Positions 24,141 through 35,657 of a stretch of DNA of 39,676 bases are shown in pieces. The notes beneath the pieces were generated by a model that saw only the letters and a program-made list of their open reading frames with translations, did no database searches and had not been told where the DNA came from. Source of the DNA: Perkinsus chesapeaki ATCC PRA-425 (lineage: Eukaryota > Protista > Perkinsozoa); NCBI GenBank assembly GCA_013115145.1, contig JAAPAO010000324.1, positions 1 to 39,676 on the forward strand, written 5' to 3'. A program made the translations under genes and the position numbers. Every line of letters begins with the position of its first letter. Position 1 is the first letter of the stretch.

Positions 24141-24833
24141 TACAATTACTTTTATGCATGAACAATGCAGCCTCAGTGGGGCGTTTCATAGCCGTTTTAT
24201 GTGCATTTCGTTAAACTAGTCTAGATAGTTGAGGTAAACCCCACCGCAAACTAGGCCCATAATGGAAACCTTACTTAAGGGCCTTGTGTCTATCAAAAGA
24301 ACCTATGATTGAACGTACTTGCAAATTTTGTAGTTCCGCTTTAGTACAAGTACAATTTTTTGCGCATTACAGCCGTACACCAGTACAAGTAAACCATCCC
24401 AACGACCTCCGAAAGGTTTACTCTGTACTCAACAGCTCGCTCTGAGCTCGCTCCAATGAAGCCATTCGGCAAACTTTCACAGACTCCGTGTCATATGCTC
24501 TGGCTCGGGTGATGCTGTGAACATCTCTGCGTCAGTCCCCGGATATGAGTAGAAGGCGGATGTAGACCTCTACGGGGCATTTTCGACGGGATGAACTACT
24601 ACGAGGGGGATGCCCTTACACTTGCTGACACTTACGCATCCTGAAACTGCCACTGTATTCGAGTTTGACTTGAGTGGTAAACGCAATGCGAAACACCTTG
24701 AAAAGTAGGTTAGCATTCGACAAAGAACCCTCCTGACCGCGGAGGTGAGATGATCATTCTAAGGGTAGCAGAAGAGCGATCGAATCGATGGATTTATTGA
24801 CCAAAATATGTACTAATACTTCCACCGATATTA

Positions 24834-25913
24834 CTACTTCACTTTCGTGAATCCAATTTTACCCTCATCAATGTTGAAGTAATAGTAGTTCCCGAAGAAA
24901 GCGTTTAGTCCAATGTTGACCTCTTCATCATCAGAGAATTCTAAAGCTAAGATGCATTCGTCTCTTAGGGCACTCAAAAGCAGAGCAGTTGATGGTATTT
25001 CAACAGAAATTTTACCGCCTTGCAACCCTTCAACATAGAATGTCATTGACGGAAGGTATGGGATGTCGTCACACGAAACAATAATATCCTTGCCCTTAGC
25101 TTCGATGTCAACTCTCTGCTTGCCAGCGTTTTGCAGAAAGCTGACGATCTGTCCTTGCCATTTGTTATTTATGAATATGGCAGTAGAACCAGAATCAAAT
25201 ATCGCGTTATCCTCAATGTTGATATAATAACTCGGAGCATCTCCTATCTGTAGGCCACGAAGTTGGACAAAGTGGTAAGCTGTGTCCACAACTTTGAAGA
25301 ACTTCAGCGGACTCGCTTGTTTGGTCGGATCTTCACCTCCTAATATGAGCTCACCAGAATTACTACTCCCTGGGTTGAACTATATCGAGAAAGAATTCTC
25401 TCTTATAATCCCTTGGTCAGACAATTGCTGCAAAAAAGTCTTGTGTTCTTCGTCGTCGGATAGCATGAGGCCCAGCGAGGCCCAGGGCTGAGTTCCTTCG
25501 GGCAAGATCCCAGCTACCAGATAGAAGCTAAGCTTGGTAGATAGCTCACCACCGAAGTTAAACTCTCCAGAGTGAGTGAAGACTGTGAGCAGAATATCCT
25601 GCGCAAATTCGAGAGTATCTAGTGCCCCTGCCTCACATGGCGCAGGCTCACATTCGTAGCAACCGAAAAGGAGATCATCACACTTTCGACGAGCCTTTTC
25701 AAACCAGGTTCTCCAGACGAGGAAGGACGAGTAGCCCCCGGTATCAAGGAGGCAGGAAACTTGTTGATCATCAACAGTCAGTTTAACTACGGGGACCAGG
25801 CTCTCACCAGATATGTGTACCTCCTTCAATAACAAGTCCGTTCTAACCAGTTGCTCACCCTTCACCATAGTTAATAGAATGAAGAAGAGATGCTTGAATT
25901 CCTGTTGGAACAT
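24834..25913 (-). pseudogene. Pepsin-like (A1) aspartyl protease interrupted by one in-frame TAG
   Basis: Signal peptide, both catalytic motifs (LDTGG, FDSGS), GELILGGED and a C-terminal NIG. The two ORF-track pieces share one frame, separated only by TAG at 25380-25382 (NSFSI*FNPG). Confidence 0.85.
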
Positions 25914-25972
25914 CAAGTTATGTCACCACGATTTATAACTAGAAGGGAAAGGAATAGTGCAGGATAGGTGGT

Positions 25973-26460
25973 CTAGAGGATGCCTTGTTTGAAAGTAACA
26001 TGCCATATATGACCAGTCACACTCGGAATGGGCCGTATAGCTAACTCCTTTGAGACGTCACATGGCTTTCCTGTCCCCTGAGACGGACGAGTCAGTATGG
26101 AAGTAGCATGAGATGTGCCCATTAGGTCCTTGAGAGACTCAATTATGTCCTTCATCTTCACGGTGGGCCAGAGTATCACAGTATCAATCAGACTCTGATC
26201 ATCGGAGCTATGAAGTTCGTCACCATCCAAAGCCTTTAGCATGGAGGTCTCAAAGATCAAAACTGTCACAAGGACAAGGTAAGGGTGTCACCGTGACATA
26301 GTGGCAGAAGTCGTCTATAGACCTCCATTCGGTCTGGCGGACTATTGCATTATCCACAAAGCTATTCTAGTAGTGACTGCTCTTCGTGACCACCAGGATG
26401 TGTTATTTAGTGTATTCTTAGCGTTACTTTGGTAAATGTCATTCGTAACGTATATGTTGA
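25973..26460 (-). pseudogene. Decayed fragment, possibly of a second aspartyl protease
   Basis: Scattered, frame-broken resemblances only (INIYVT, PGGHEE, SLIDT), directly upstream of and co-oriented with the near-intact copy. Confidence 0.3.
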
Positions 26461-26955
26461 TTGCAACTGACTCAACAGCCGGACCCGAAGTTCGATCATC
26501 CTGGGAGCACCCTGAGATGGATTTACGACATTCAGCTTAACTACTTAGCTACGCGTAGGTAAGAAGAGAATCAATGGTTTCTTTACTTTCGATGGCAGCT
26601 GAATGAAATACGAACTCTCTCTTCGACTAATTCGCGACGACCGTGACATCTTACTCGGACCCGATAATTGGCGCCTGATGGCAACGGGCGTACGCGACCA
26701 GCATTAGTGCTCTTGTCTAGCGCTCAACATAGTTTCTTGTTGAATCCTTCAACGTTTCTCAAAGCGTGGTTCCAGCGGAGTTAGTTGCCATTCCGTTTTC
26801 TGCATGTTCCAGTAGCAAATGCCCTACGAATCATAGTTAGCCCTCTCAAGTTAGCACTGCCCTGATCATTACGAAGTACATAAAGTGATAGCCGAAGCCC
26901 TCGGGGTTTGGTTGTATCACGGTAATCCACGGTCTGAAGTCCAAGCTTCCCTCGG

Positions 26956-28077
26956 CGGGGTAACCCATCTGATCCAGTATAATTACCTCCAGTGGCCAGT
27001 TGGTCCATTCTTAATTCACTCATTGCCCTTTCATACGCTCCCACTTCGTCCATCTCACTCCGACCAGCCGAGTGCGCCCACCGCGCGCCATGGTCTTTTC
27101 ATCCACTACCACTTCATCCATTCGCATTTCGTCCAATTCTCACTTCGTCCACCGAATTTAACATGTCACCGCGAAGCCGCTTCGCGGTTAGAAAATTCGC
27201 CGGCGGCTTTGCCGCCGACAACCACCACTTGAGACTCGGAAACTTCATCTTTAATCCTCCTGAAATTCGAAACCGGATCGCTCGGTGGTTATATCAACAG
27301 ACTAATATGCTGCAGTGAAAGAAGATCGAGCTCGACCGACGCGTTTCATCACACGCTCAACAATTTGGCAACCAAATCTTGGCTAGTATACGTCATCCAG
27401 GGCTCTACCAACTCGCTTTAGTTATCTCTGACCAATATGATAAACATCACCGACTATTTCACGGACTGGTATGTGGGGAAAATGATCGAGAACCCACTTC
27501 CAACCGAGAAGGGTGCGAACTCACACTTCAGCGAACCTGTAACGCTAACCTCCCACAATATTATGGAACCGCTTGGCACCCGTCCCCTAACTGTCTACCT
27601 GATCGTCAATATACATATCACTTATTTTAGAACCTGCAGCTCTGTTCAGTGAACACGGCCTCAGCAAGGGACGCCTACGAGGAGGTTCACCCTGCAACAG
27701 CCTGTTGCAAACAGACTCCAACAGCTCTTCTGCAGCCGCATCTTTCTGAAGTTTTAATATGTGTGGGCTTTCTTAAGTTACGTGTATTGCGGTATAGCCG
27801 TGGTTGTTAAAGTTGTATCATACTATGAACTTCATTGTATGAAGTTTCCCAAATTGGTCTACCACAGTTGAGTTACAGTGGGACGTATACGTTGGATGAA
27901 GTGGTACTGGTCGAACACCTTTGAAACGCTTTTCTTTCCTGGAAGGACAGCAAAACTGCCAAGCTGGATGAAATAACGATGGATGAAATGATGATGGATC
28001 AACAGAGAAGAGACAATGACACCACTGGACCACCTGGCCACTGGACGTAATTCTACTGGATCAGCTGAGATACACCC
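26956..28077. mobile_element. Non-autonomous Mutator-like (MULE) DNA transposon, 1122 bp
   Basis: Ungapped 52-bp terminal inverted repeats, 44/52 identical (core 26969-27007 vs 28026-28064 is 36/39). 9-bp flanking duplication TTCCCTCGG (26947-26955) / TTCCCACGG (28078-28086). Subterminal TTC(G/A)TCCA motifs are inverted at the two ends. Frame-broken transposase-like remnants (FH..., DYFTDWYVGK). Confidence 0.85.
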
Positions 28078-28575
28078 TTCCCACGGAGTGCCGTGTGTCT
28101 GCGTGCATTGTGCACGAAGGATGATTCGCATCAAGAAGTTGGGGGGATTCCTAGCTCTGGGTGTGATGGCCAATATCCGGAATCGAAGCTTGAGTATTCC
28201 ACTTGCATTCATTCATGGGCTCGGAGGAAGGCACAGCTACTGGGAGTCAATTCAGCATAGTCCCAGTAGTGGTATAACCACCGCCGTTAGAGACCACGCT
28301 CGGTACATCGCCTACGGTAGAGCTTGCTGATATTTCCTCCACTTCAAGTTCTTCAAGCGATATTGACCAAACTCAAGACTTGAATGGATTATAGAATAAA
28401 TGAATAAGTGACGAACCCTTCAACTGTCCATCTTAAACAAGTATGGCCTAGCTTTAACCTCAAATTAATATGAACCTCCCATACCTGAGCAGAATAAGGA
28501 ATACCCTACGGTGTAACGGGGGTCAACGGCTTACCTGAGTTGTCGTCGTGAGAGAAGCTTTCCTTCGCGGGAAAA

Positions 28576-28815
28576 TCAACAAGTATAAAACGGGAGTATC
28601 TCGCAGCCGGTAGCGCATCTGCAGCGACCAGTACTCTCCTGGCAGGAGGCGGTCTCAATGCATTCAGCATCACAAAAAATCCCAGCCCAGTTCTGGCACT
28701 CGTTGCCAGGCTCGGGAGTTGGCCGCAGAGTAGTGTCAGGATCAGGGCATGCCCCGATTAGTATGATATGACATAATGATACAGCCAGCAGGATCTTGCG
28801 CAAGATGCTGGACAT
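28576..28815 (-). CDS. 79-aa secreted cysteine-rich peptide with a defensin-like Cys pattern
   Basis: MSSILRKILLAVSLCHIILIGA signal-like region, a Pro/Thr linker and an 8-Cys core. A TAG acceptor-like site lies 2 nt before the ATG. The product call is inference. Confidence 0.75.
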   Translation of the reverse strand: MSSILRKILLAVSLCHIILIGACPDPDTTLRPTPEPGNECQNWAGIFCDAECIETASCQESTGRCRCATGCEILPFYTC

Positions 28816-29358
28816 GGCTAGAGTGATTTTGGTGGAGATAAAACTGCCTCCCAACAATCCACACTTCCACACATTTCCAAATTCGGGTCGGCCGTACAGT
28901 CGGTTCCTAGTCACGCAGCCCTAGCTCTTGGATTGGTTCGCGTTCCGCGTCGCCCGGCTAAAGGCCCTATTCGCCAGTCCATACTTCATCATTACTGCCT
29001 GACCGTAGCCCTGTTCTGCCATGGCGCCTACACCTTTTCAATATCTAGTTCGTCCTTGGGAACATCAATTTCGTGGCGGCGCTCGGCTCGCCTCAGGAAC
29101 TCGCCGGCGCAACACGCCAACGCCCCATTACGATGCGCGTACGTAAGACGACCAATACAAATTCCACACAGTGTGGGGAGTGTGGGCCAGACTTGCATAG
29201 GATCCATGATGGATCATCAATCGAATTCATATCAGGAGGAGGCTACTTTGTAGAGTCCACGATACCATATCTTGATGAACTGCAGGCAAGAGACAAGCCG
29301 GATTCTGCCTCGCATTAAGTCCGGTAGTCCATGGTTTGTGCTACGGCCCGTAGCCTAT

Positions 29359-29407
29359 GTATCACTGATTTAGCTCCCGTAGCCTACGGGAGCTAAATCA
29401 TTGATAC
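29359..29407. repeat. Long near-perfect palindrome
   Basis: TGATTTAGCTCCCGTAG-C-CTACGGGAGCTAAATCA (29366-29400) has perfect 17-bp arms, extendable to 24 bp with one mismatch. Confidence 0.95.
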
Positions 29408-29538
29408 GTGCCAAGGTTGCGAAATCTTATGAAAGCCTTGTTCTTTATTCGCTGCCATGCCGTTCTGTTACTGTACTACAAACCGCGCGTGTCAACTGCT
29501 TGTCAACGCAACCTTCATTTACTCGAAATCGAGAAACG

Positions 29539-31046
29539 CTACTCGGTTGGACTCGAAGTCGACTCTTTACTGGAAAATACGTATCCAGGAGAGTTAACAA
29601 CACTGAATGGATTCACCATAATATTATCTCTAATCCATTCCTCTGTCTTTGGTATCACAGTTTCCGATACAATCGGGTATAAGACACGTCGTTTAAAGTC
29701 CTCAATCCCTTCATCCCAAACTTGCGGCTCAATTGGCTTAGTTTCGACGCCATTTATCTTGCAGTTATTGTAACCATCAAAATAGACTCGATCGAGGAAC
29801 AACCCTTCCGCTGGGGCCAAGTGAATATGTTTCCTTTCCTTGGCCAATAAACATTCTTCTATTGCATCATCAGGGGCACTGCCTCGGCAAACCTGATAAG
29901 GTCTAACTCTGGCATAGTTCGAAGCATTACAAAGACTTACTTCTACTGCAAGCCCCATCATTTTACGTATCTGATGGAGCAGGAAGCTCTGTCCGACCAA
30001 CTGTATACGAATAAATGCATTGCCTTTTATCTCTGTATGCTGACAAGTGATGGATATAATATGGCGTCTGGCAGAGGGGTCATCTGCTGGTATCTTAGCC
30101 GTGAAGTTGAAGAAGTTTTTGTTCTTCCCGACATACTTCCCCATAATCTAACAAACTCATCCCACTCCTCCTGCATCGTCGGCTCTCACCTGTTCCAATC
30201 TCCCCGCATCAGCTTTACCATCCAAAGCGATTTCTGGCAATAGGTATTCATATCGTCGCCGCTCGCATTGCTTACGGGCATCAAATTTATTAGATACGCG
30301 TTGTATACCGAAGCTATAAGGAAGAAGAATGCTGCACTATCACAGTGTACTTTGTTACACTTTCATATCCATAGGTTCCAGGAACTTATTCAAAGCATCA
30401 ACGTGCGCCTTCTCATCAAATGTCCAAACATTCCTAGCAGCACCCTCTGCTTGTGATGCCTCCTTATCCAGAGTAACAGGCATGGCTAATGCTAAGATAT
30501 TGAGTGCAGCATGAACCTGTTTAATAATCATAACATGAATAACTTAAGCCCTACTCCCTTGTCTGTTCTAGCCGCCCTGCTAAACTTAAGCTTCTTATTA
30601 TCAGCTAGGATATCCTCCGTACTCAACTGAGTAGCCAGCAGTGCTTTATCGAATACTCCTTCCACTGTATTATACACCTACTATCAAATAAAGTACCAAG
30701 TTGGATAGCGATAGGCACCTCTTCTCCATCCTCATTCTTCTGCCTCTGCATTCCCTTTAATCCTTTACCGCTATACCCTATCGCTACTATATGAGTCTTC
30801 ATTGGAGGACCTCTTTCATGTGAAGGTTCTCTGAATAAGCAGTTTTTCATGTGGTCTCATATCATCGTTCTCTTACTCCGATCCTTCTGCTGTTCGGGAT
30901 CTTTTGCTCTCCGTTGGACCCCCCAATGCCTGGGCTTTGGCTCGTTTCTTATCTCTCCACCTTTTTCTATTCCTCTGTGCCATTGTCATTTTACTCTTTG
31001 TTTTCGCCTTTTCCCCTCCATTATTCGCTGAGGTTGGCTCCTCCAT
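29539..31046 (-). CDS. PUS1: tRNA pseudouridine synthase, TruA/PUS1 family
   Basis: IGYSGKGLKGMQ, TVEGVL, catalytic ARTDKGV-HA, RVSNKFDARKQC, YEYLLP, NFFNFT, GQSFLLHQIRKMMG, APAEGLFL. Confidence 0.92.
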
Positions 31047-31179
31047 CACCAACAGCAGTTGAATGTTAAGCTTTTGTATCGTATCGCTTATACCATCCCA
31101 AACTATAAACTCAATAGACTTTAGCTATAAAAGTAACTGCACAATATTAATGTGTATTCACTCTTAAACCTATTGTCTT

Positions 31180-31718
31180 TCAATCTTTATTCAATCTATG
31201 TCGGCGTATAAGTGTTGTAAGCCTTGCTGCCACCACCCACAGTGTTAGGACGAACAAAGATATCCAATAGTTCCTCTCGTGGCGCCACCTATCAACATTT
31301 CTACAAGAACATCACTAACATCACCGAAGAGAAGGGCACTTACTTCTGCAACTTGAACTTATCCGACAGCTCTACTGAGGGGAAGTCCTCCTGTCTTGAC
31401 GCTGAATCCTGCAGCTTTATTATCTCAGAAAAAAGGAAGAAGGCTGCCTGAGAATTACAACAATGAAAACAGCGACACGAGGTGGAATTAGTGTTACTAT
31501 CCCAGCAAACATGTTCAAACATCCAAACTCGATTCTTCCAATCTTAATAGTTATCCTGGACACACCTTCAGCCAGTCTTTCAAAGAAGGGTAGACCAGAT
31601 AGAAGTAGCATACACATCAATGCCTGATAAAGGTGATATAGAAGGATAAGACCTAATGTAGGCTTACCCCAGAAGGCATGAAGATATAGGCAAAGACATT
31701 CCATACAGGAGAGCTCAT
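31180..31718 (-). CDS. BAP29/BAP31-like ER membrane protein (TM domain only)
   Basis: The four-exon model gives MSSPVWNVFAYIFMPSGALMCMLLLSGLP...KFKLQKWRHERNYWISLFVLTLWVVAARLTTLI...*. The last segment resembles the Bap31 RAQRNxYISGFxLFL motif. Confidence 0.65.
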
Positions 31719-31822
31719 ATTACTAGTAAAAATCTAGGAAATAGAATAAATGAAAAGTAACTCAAGAGAACTAGTATACGTGAAAAACAATAATACAAAG
31801 CCGAATAAGACTACTAATGCCA

Positions 31823-32741
31823 TCAGTCAGCCTCTTCATCATCATCATCATTATCAGATGATTCACTACTACTTTGATAAGCCGATATCAAACCAGCGAG
31901 CCCTGATGCCAGCCGATCATCATTCGATGCTTTAGTCGAACCGCTATTAGATTGTGATGTGTTATTTAATGTAACACCATTCAAATGAGGATGATGCCGC
32001 CCACTCGCTGCCTTTGCTGCTGTTGTCGACTTAGGTTTGGCTTTAACTGCTATGAGACCACTTACTAGACCAGTCCTATGATTCTGAATGTGGTAGATGA
32101 TTCTACATGTTATATACCCGTTACCATCTTAGATGATGATGATGATGCCATTCCCAATACTGCCATCTCTAAAGCCTCCTGTTAAGGTATATTGTACACC
32201 ACAACTGTCAACTGTAATATTTACCTGTTTAGTCTTTCCTCCTATTGACCCTTCCCTTCTTTTTCGTGCTGCTAATGCCGTTGTGTAGCTATAATGTATT
32301 TAATGCAACTCTACCACTATTAACCTACTCCTCTTCATCTTCCATTCTAACCCTTTTCGCTGCCTTCCTTTCCTTTGCCATAATATCAAAGTCATCCTCA
32401 TTAAATGTAGGTACCATAGGATCAGCTAATTGATCCGACTCGAATGCAGCTCTAGCAGCTGCCTCCTCTATAGCTGTTGCCTACTATCTCCCTATTATTT
32501 TCAACTTATTATTCTTATTACTTCCATAGAGCTCCCAACACCCTCAGCCATACCGCCTGATTCCCTACGGAACTCGGGCCGTGATTCCCTCATCCTTTGC
32601 CGTCTAGCATCCTCTTCTGACCGTATATCTTTACTCTAATAATAATGCTATAATACCATTATAAGCCTCCTCTACCTGTGATATTATTCGACCATCGGCA
32701 CTGATGCCGGTCGTAAGGGACTCGGCTCTTGTAAAATTCAT
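31823..32741 (-). CDS. FAM192A/NIP30 (PSME3IP1)-like nuclear protein, tentative
   Basis: MNFTRAES... start, charged helical region, AAFES...FNEDDFDIM...EDEEEYTTALAARKRRE, LIAVKAKPKS and an acidic end. The similarity is from recall only. Confidence 0.45.
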
Positions 32742-32976
32742 TACCAAACTCTCGTGTGGTCGACTTACTAGTACTACCAAACTCAAGGCATTGTATTGAT
32801 GAAACCGTTGTCGTCGTCTATGGTAGATGATGGTGGTAGAGATACAAGTACGTAAGTAACGTTATGAGCATTATTATAGTGCTCAATAGAAAAGGACCCA
32901 TAGCAAGGAGGAGGAAGAAGAATACAGTAAATGACAACAAGCAATACACCTATTACTTTTAATGCTTGTCATATTA

Positions 32977-35442
32977 CTAACGGCGGTCCCTCTTAAAGCC
33001 CATCTTGCCAGAGTATAAATGCTTAGGCTTCTTCTCTGGTATATGATGATCTCCTTCACCCTTTCTAGCATCCCTAGCAAGCCTCCTTTGTTTCTGTCTC
33101 TTAATAACCTCAGCAGTAGCAGCCTCTTCAACCTAAGATACGATGGCCTATCTACCATTCCTCCCCCTATTATTACATTAAGGGAGCTTGATACGACATG
33201 CATGTCCTCATCGCCTTGTCCTTCCTCATCTAATCCAGCAACTGATCTTCGCCGTTTAAGAACAGCTCTCGACTTTAATGCCTCAGTATCAACATTATCA
33301 TTACCTACTAGATACCCTACTACCCACCGACTCTACTACCACTCCTTCATTACCAATAACTCTTAGATGCTCAGCAATCTCCTCTGGTGTTTGCTTTTGC
33401 TGCCTTCGAATTGTACCATAATGATTACGATTCTTATTAAGCCTATTCTCAAACTTCTGTTGTTCAACCTTCTTATGTATTTGTGATAAAGTATCCTTAG
33501 CGTTCATCCATCTATATAACAATATCATCCCAACCACCTACGCCTACACTGCCTATTACTACCTTTCATGCTCTTCCTTATCATCTGTATCACCCCACAT
33601 AAGAGCCTCCTCTTCCCTCTCTAATGCCTCTAGTTTAGCATCAATATCAGGATCGACAAAGTCAGCAATATTATGACCTAATAATAACAACCACTAACAC
33701 CAATCGGCATAGTATTATTAATACCATCCATAATCTCAGGAACATTGTCATATTTCCATTCATCATTACTAAGCTCCCAATGCTTTCTAGTATCAACACT
33801 GTACACACCAGCACCTATCCAACAACAACACTGCCCAACAACCCTTCCTGCCCTTTTCTATGTCACCTCCATGACGCTCCATGAGCTGCTTCTCGGTCAT
33901 ATTAGCCTCCTCAGCCTCGACATCCTCATTACGTGCCTCTCTAACACCCTTTGGAATGTGTGGTGGTCGATCCGAACGGGCAGTAGTAGCAGTAACATAA
34001 ACCCTAACAATACAATACCCCACGACGGTGCTGATGATAATACCTGTTCTTAATAGCATCCACCTTGCCTGTCTGGGCTACCTTCCTCTCAACCCTTTGT
34101 TCAAGTAACATCTCACAGGCACGATTCTTGACAGTATCCACACTAACATACATTACAATCCCGTACCCCTCCTCTCTTTAACCCCTTTCCCTTACCCTTC
34201 CCTCTTGAGGCAACTAGCAGGTAAGAACTCCAATGTCTTATCCTCATCCAGCTTAATAGATGCTATCAACTTCTTCTGTTCGTCAGTCAGCTCATCAAGT
34301 GGCTTAACATCAGTCTTATTCAATACAACCAATAAAGGCTTTGACTTGAATAAGGGCTTGATAGAGTGGAAAAGAGATACCTACCACCACCAGCAATGGA
34401 TAATGATATAACTGTTATTAATAATATAACCTGTTGCTCTATAGTAAAGCCACATTGCTCTGATACATCGACAAAGTAAAGAACGGTTGCTGGTATATGA
34501 GCTAATGCTGTGATAGCAGTCATCTCAATAGTATTCCTCTCCTCTAATGGATGATCTAATATACCAGGGGTATCCAATACTTGCCATCTAGTATACCTAT
34601 AATAACACTATAAACATACTATAACAATACTTATCCTACTTATAATCCATATGGCCAACGAAGATACTCTTAGTAGTGAAGGCATAGGGTTGGACATCAA
34701 CATTAGCATCAGTAACTATGTTCATAAAGGATGACTTACCAACATTAGGATACCTATAAGATGATATTAATAATACCATTAATAGCCTCATCTCAGCCTA
34801 CCCAGTCATTATCAATGTCCTAGTTTGTGGATTGATCTGAGGTAGACGTGATAGATGTTGACGTACTTCCTCTAGGTATTGTAATGATGCTGATAACTTC
34901 TTAACTGCTGTACACATACGACCTAATGCAGCCCTCTTAAGCATCTTGCATTTATATCTGATAGATCCATGATGATGTTATAGGTAATATTATTATTACG
35001 GTGAATCAGCAAATTTAAGCAGTTTAACATAGTCCTTAGCGATACTGTCAACAGTAGACTGGACCGACTTTACTTGACCAAGAGCCAACTTGTAATGATC
35101 ACGATCATAAAGGACATTGCAAAGGTCGGCATAGAAGGGATGGAGATCATCAATCTTAGGGAACTCCTCAAGGATCTTCTGTAACTTCTCATTGAACGTA
35201 GTTTGACAGAATTTAACCTTCAAAATATCCATATCTTAGGTTGAAGCAGGTTTCTACTACCTTTCTCATATAGAAGCTTCGGATACGTGTAATCTTAAAC
35301 TGTGGATGAACCTCAGTTGGAGTCCGTCGTTGTGTCCGACTAATAACATAATTATTATATATAATATTATTATTTACCTTAGGACAACATCCACCATATC
35401 CTTAGCAGGTATAACTGTCTGTATTTCCTTGAATGAGTACAT
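32977..35442 (-). CDS. NOG1: Nucleolar GTP-binding protein 1
   Basis: [84 protein letters not shown], and C-terminal [17 protein letters not shown]. Confidence 0.96.
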
Positions 35443-35657
35443 GTTTTATGGCTTTTACGTAATACGTAGAGGTAGACAGAGAATGCCACCAACTACCAAC
35501 TAGAACAAGCATCATCATTACCTTCCTAAAACCACCACCACCTGACGCCGCGTTCGCAGGGCAGTACAAATCGATTAGAATGGCGCGCGCTTTTTGCATC
35601 GCTCTCGAGGAGGGTGGTGTTGTTAGTTGTTGTTGTTGATAGCAGCAGTAGTAAGCA
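35443..35657. promoter_or_regulatory. Putative bidirectional promoter between NOG1 and ABCE1
   Basis: 215 bp between divergent ATGs, with a CpG-rich core near 35545-35610. Confidence 0.5.

Noticed and set aside
24180-24830. Intergenic stretch with short repeats (GTACAAGTA twice, AGCTCGCT twice) as a possible RNA gene or element end
   Set aside because: No tRNA, snRNA or rRNA signature, TIR pair or TSD could be identified by eye.
29073-29318. ORF with CGECG...HRIH resembling a transposase zinc-binding fragment
   Set aside because: Too short, with no DDE motif or supporting flanks.
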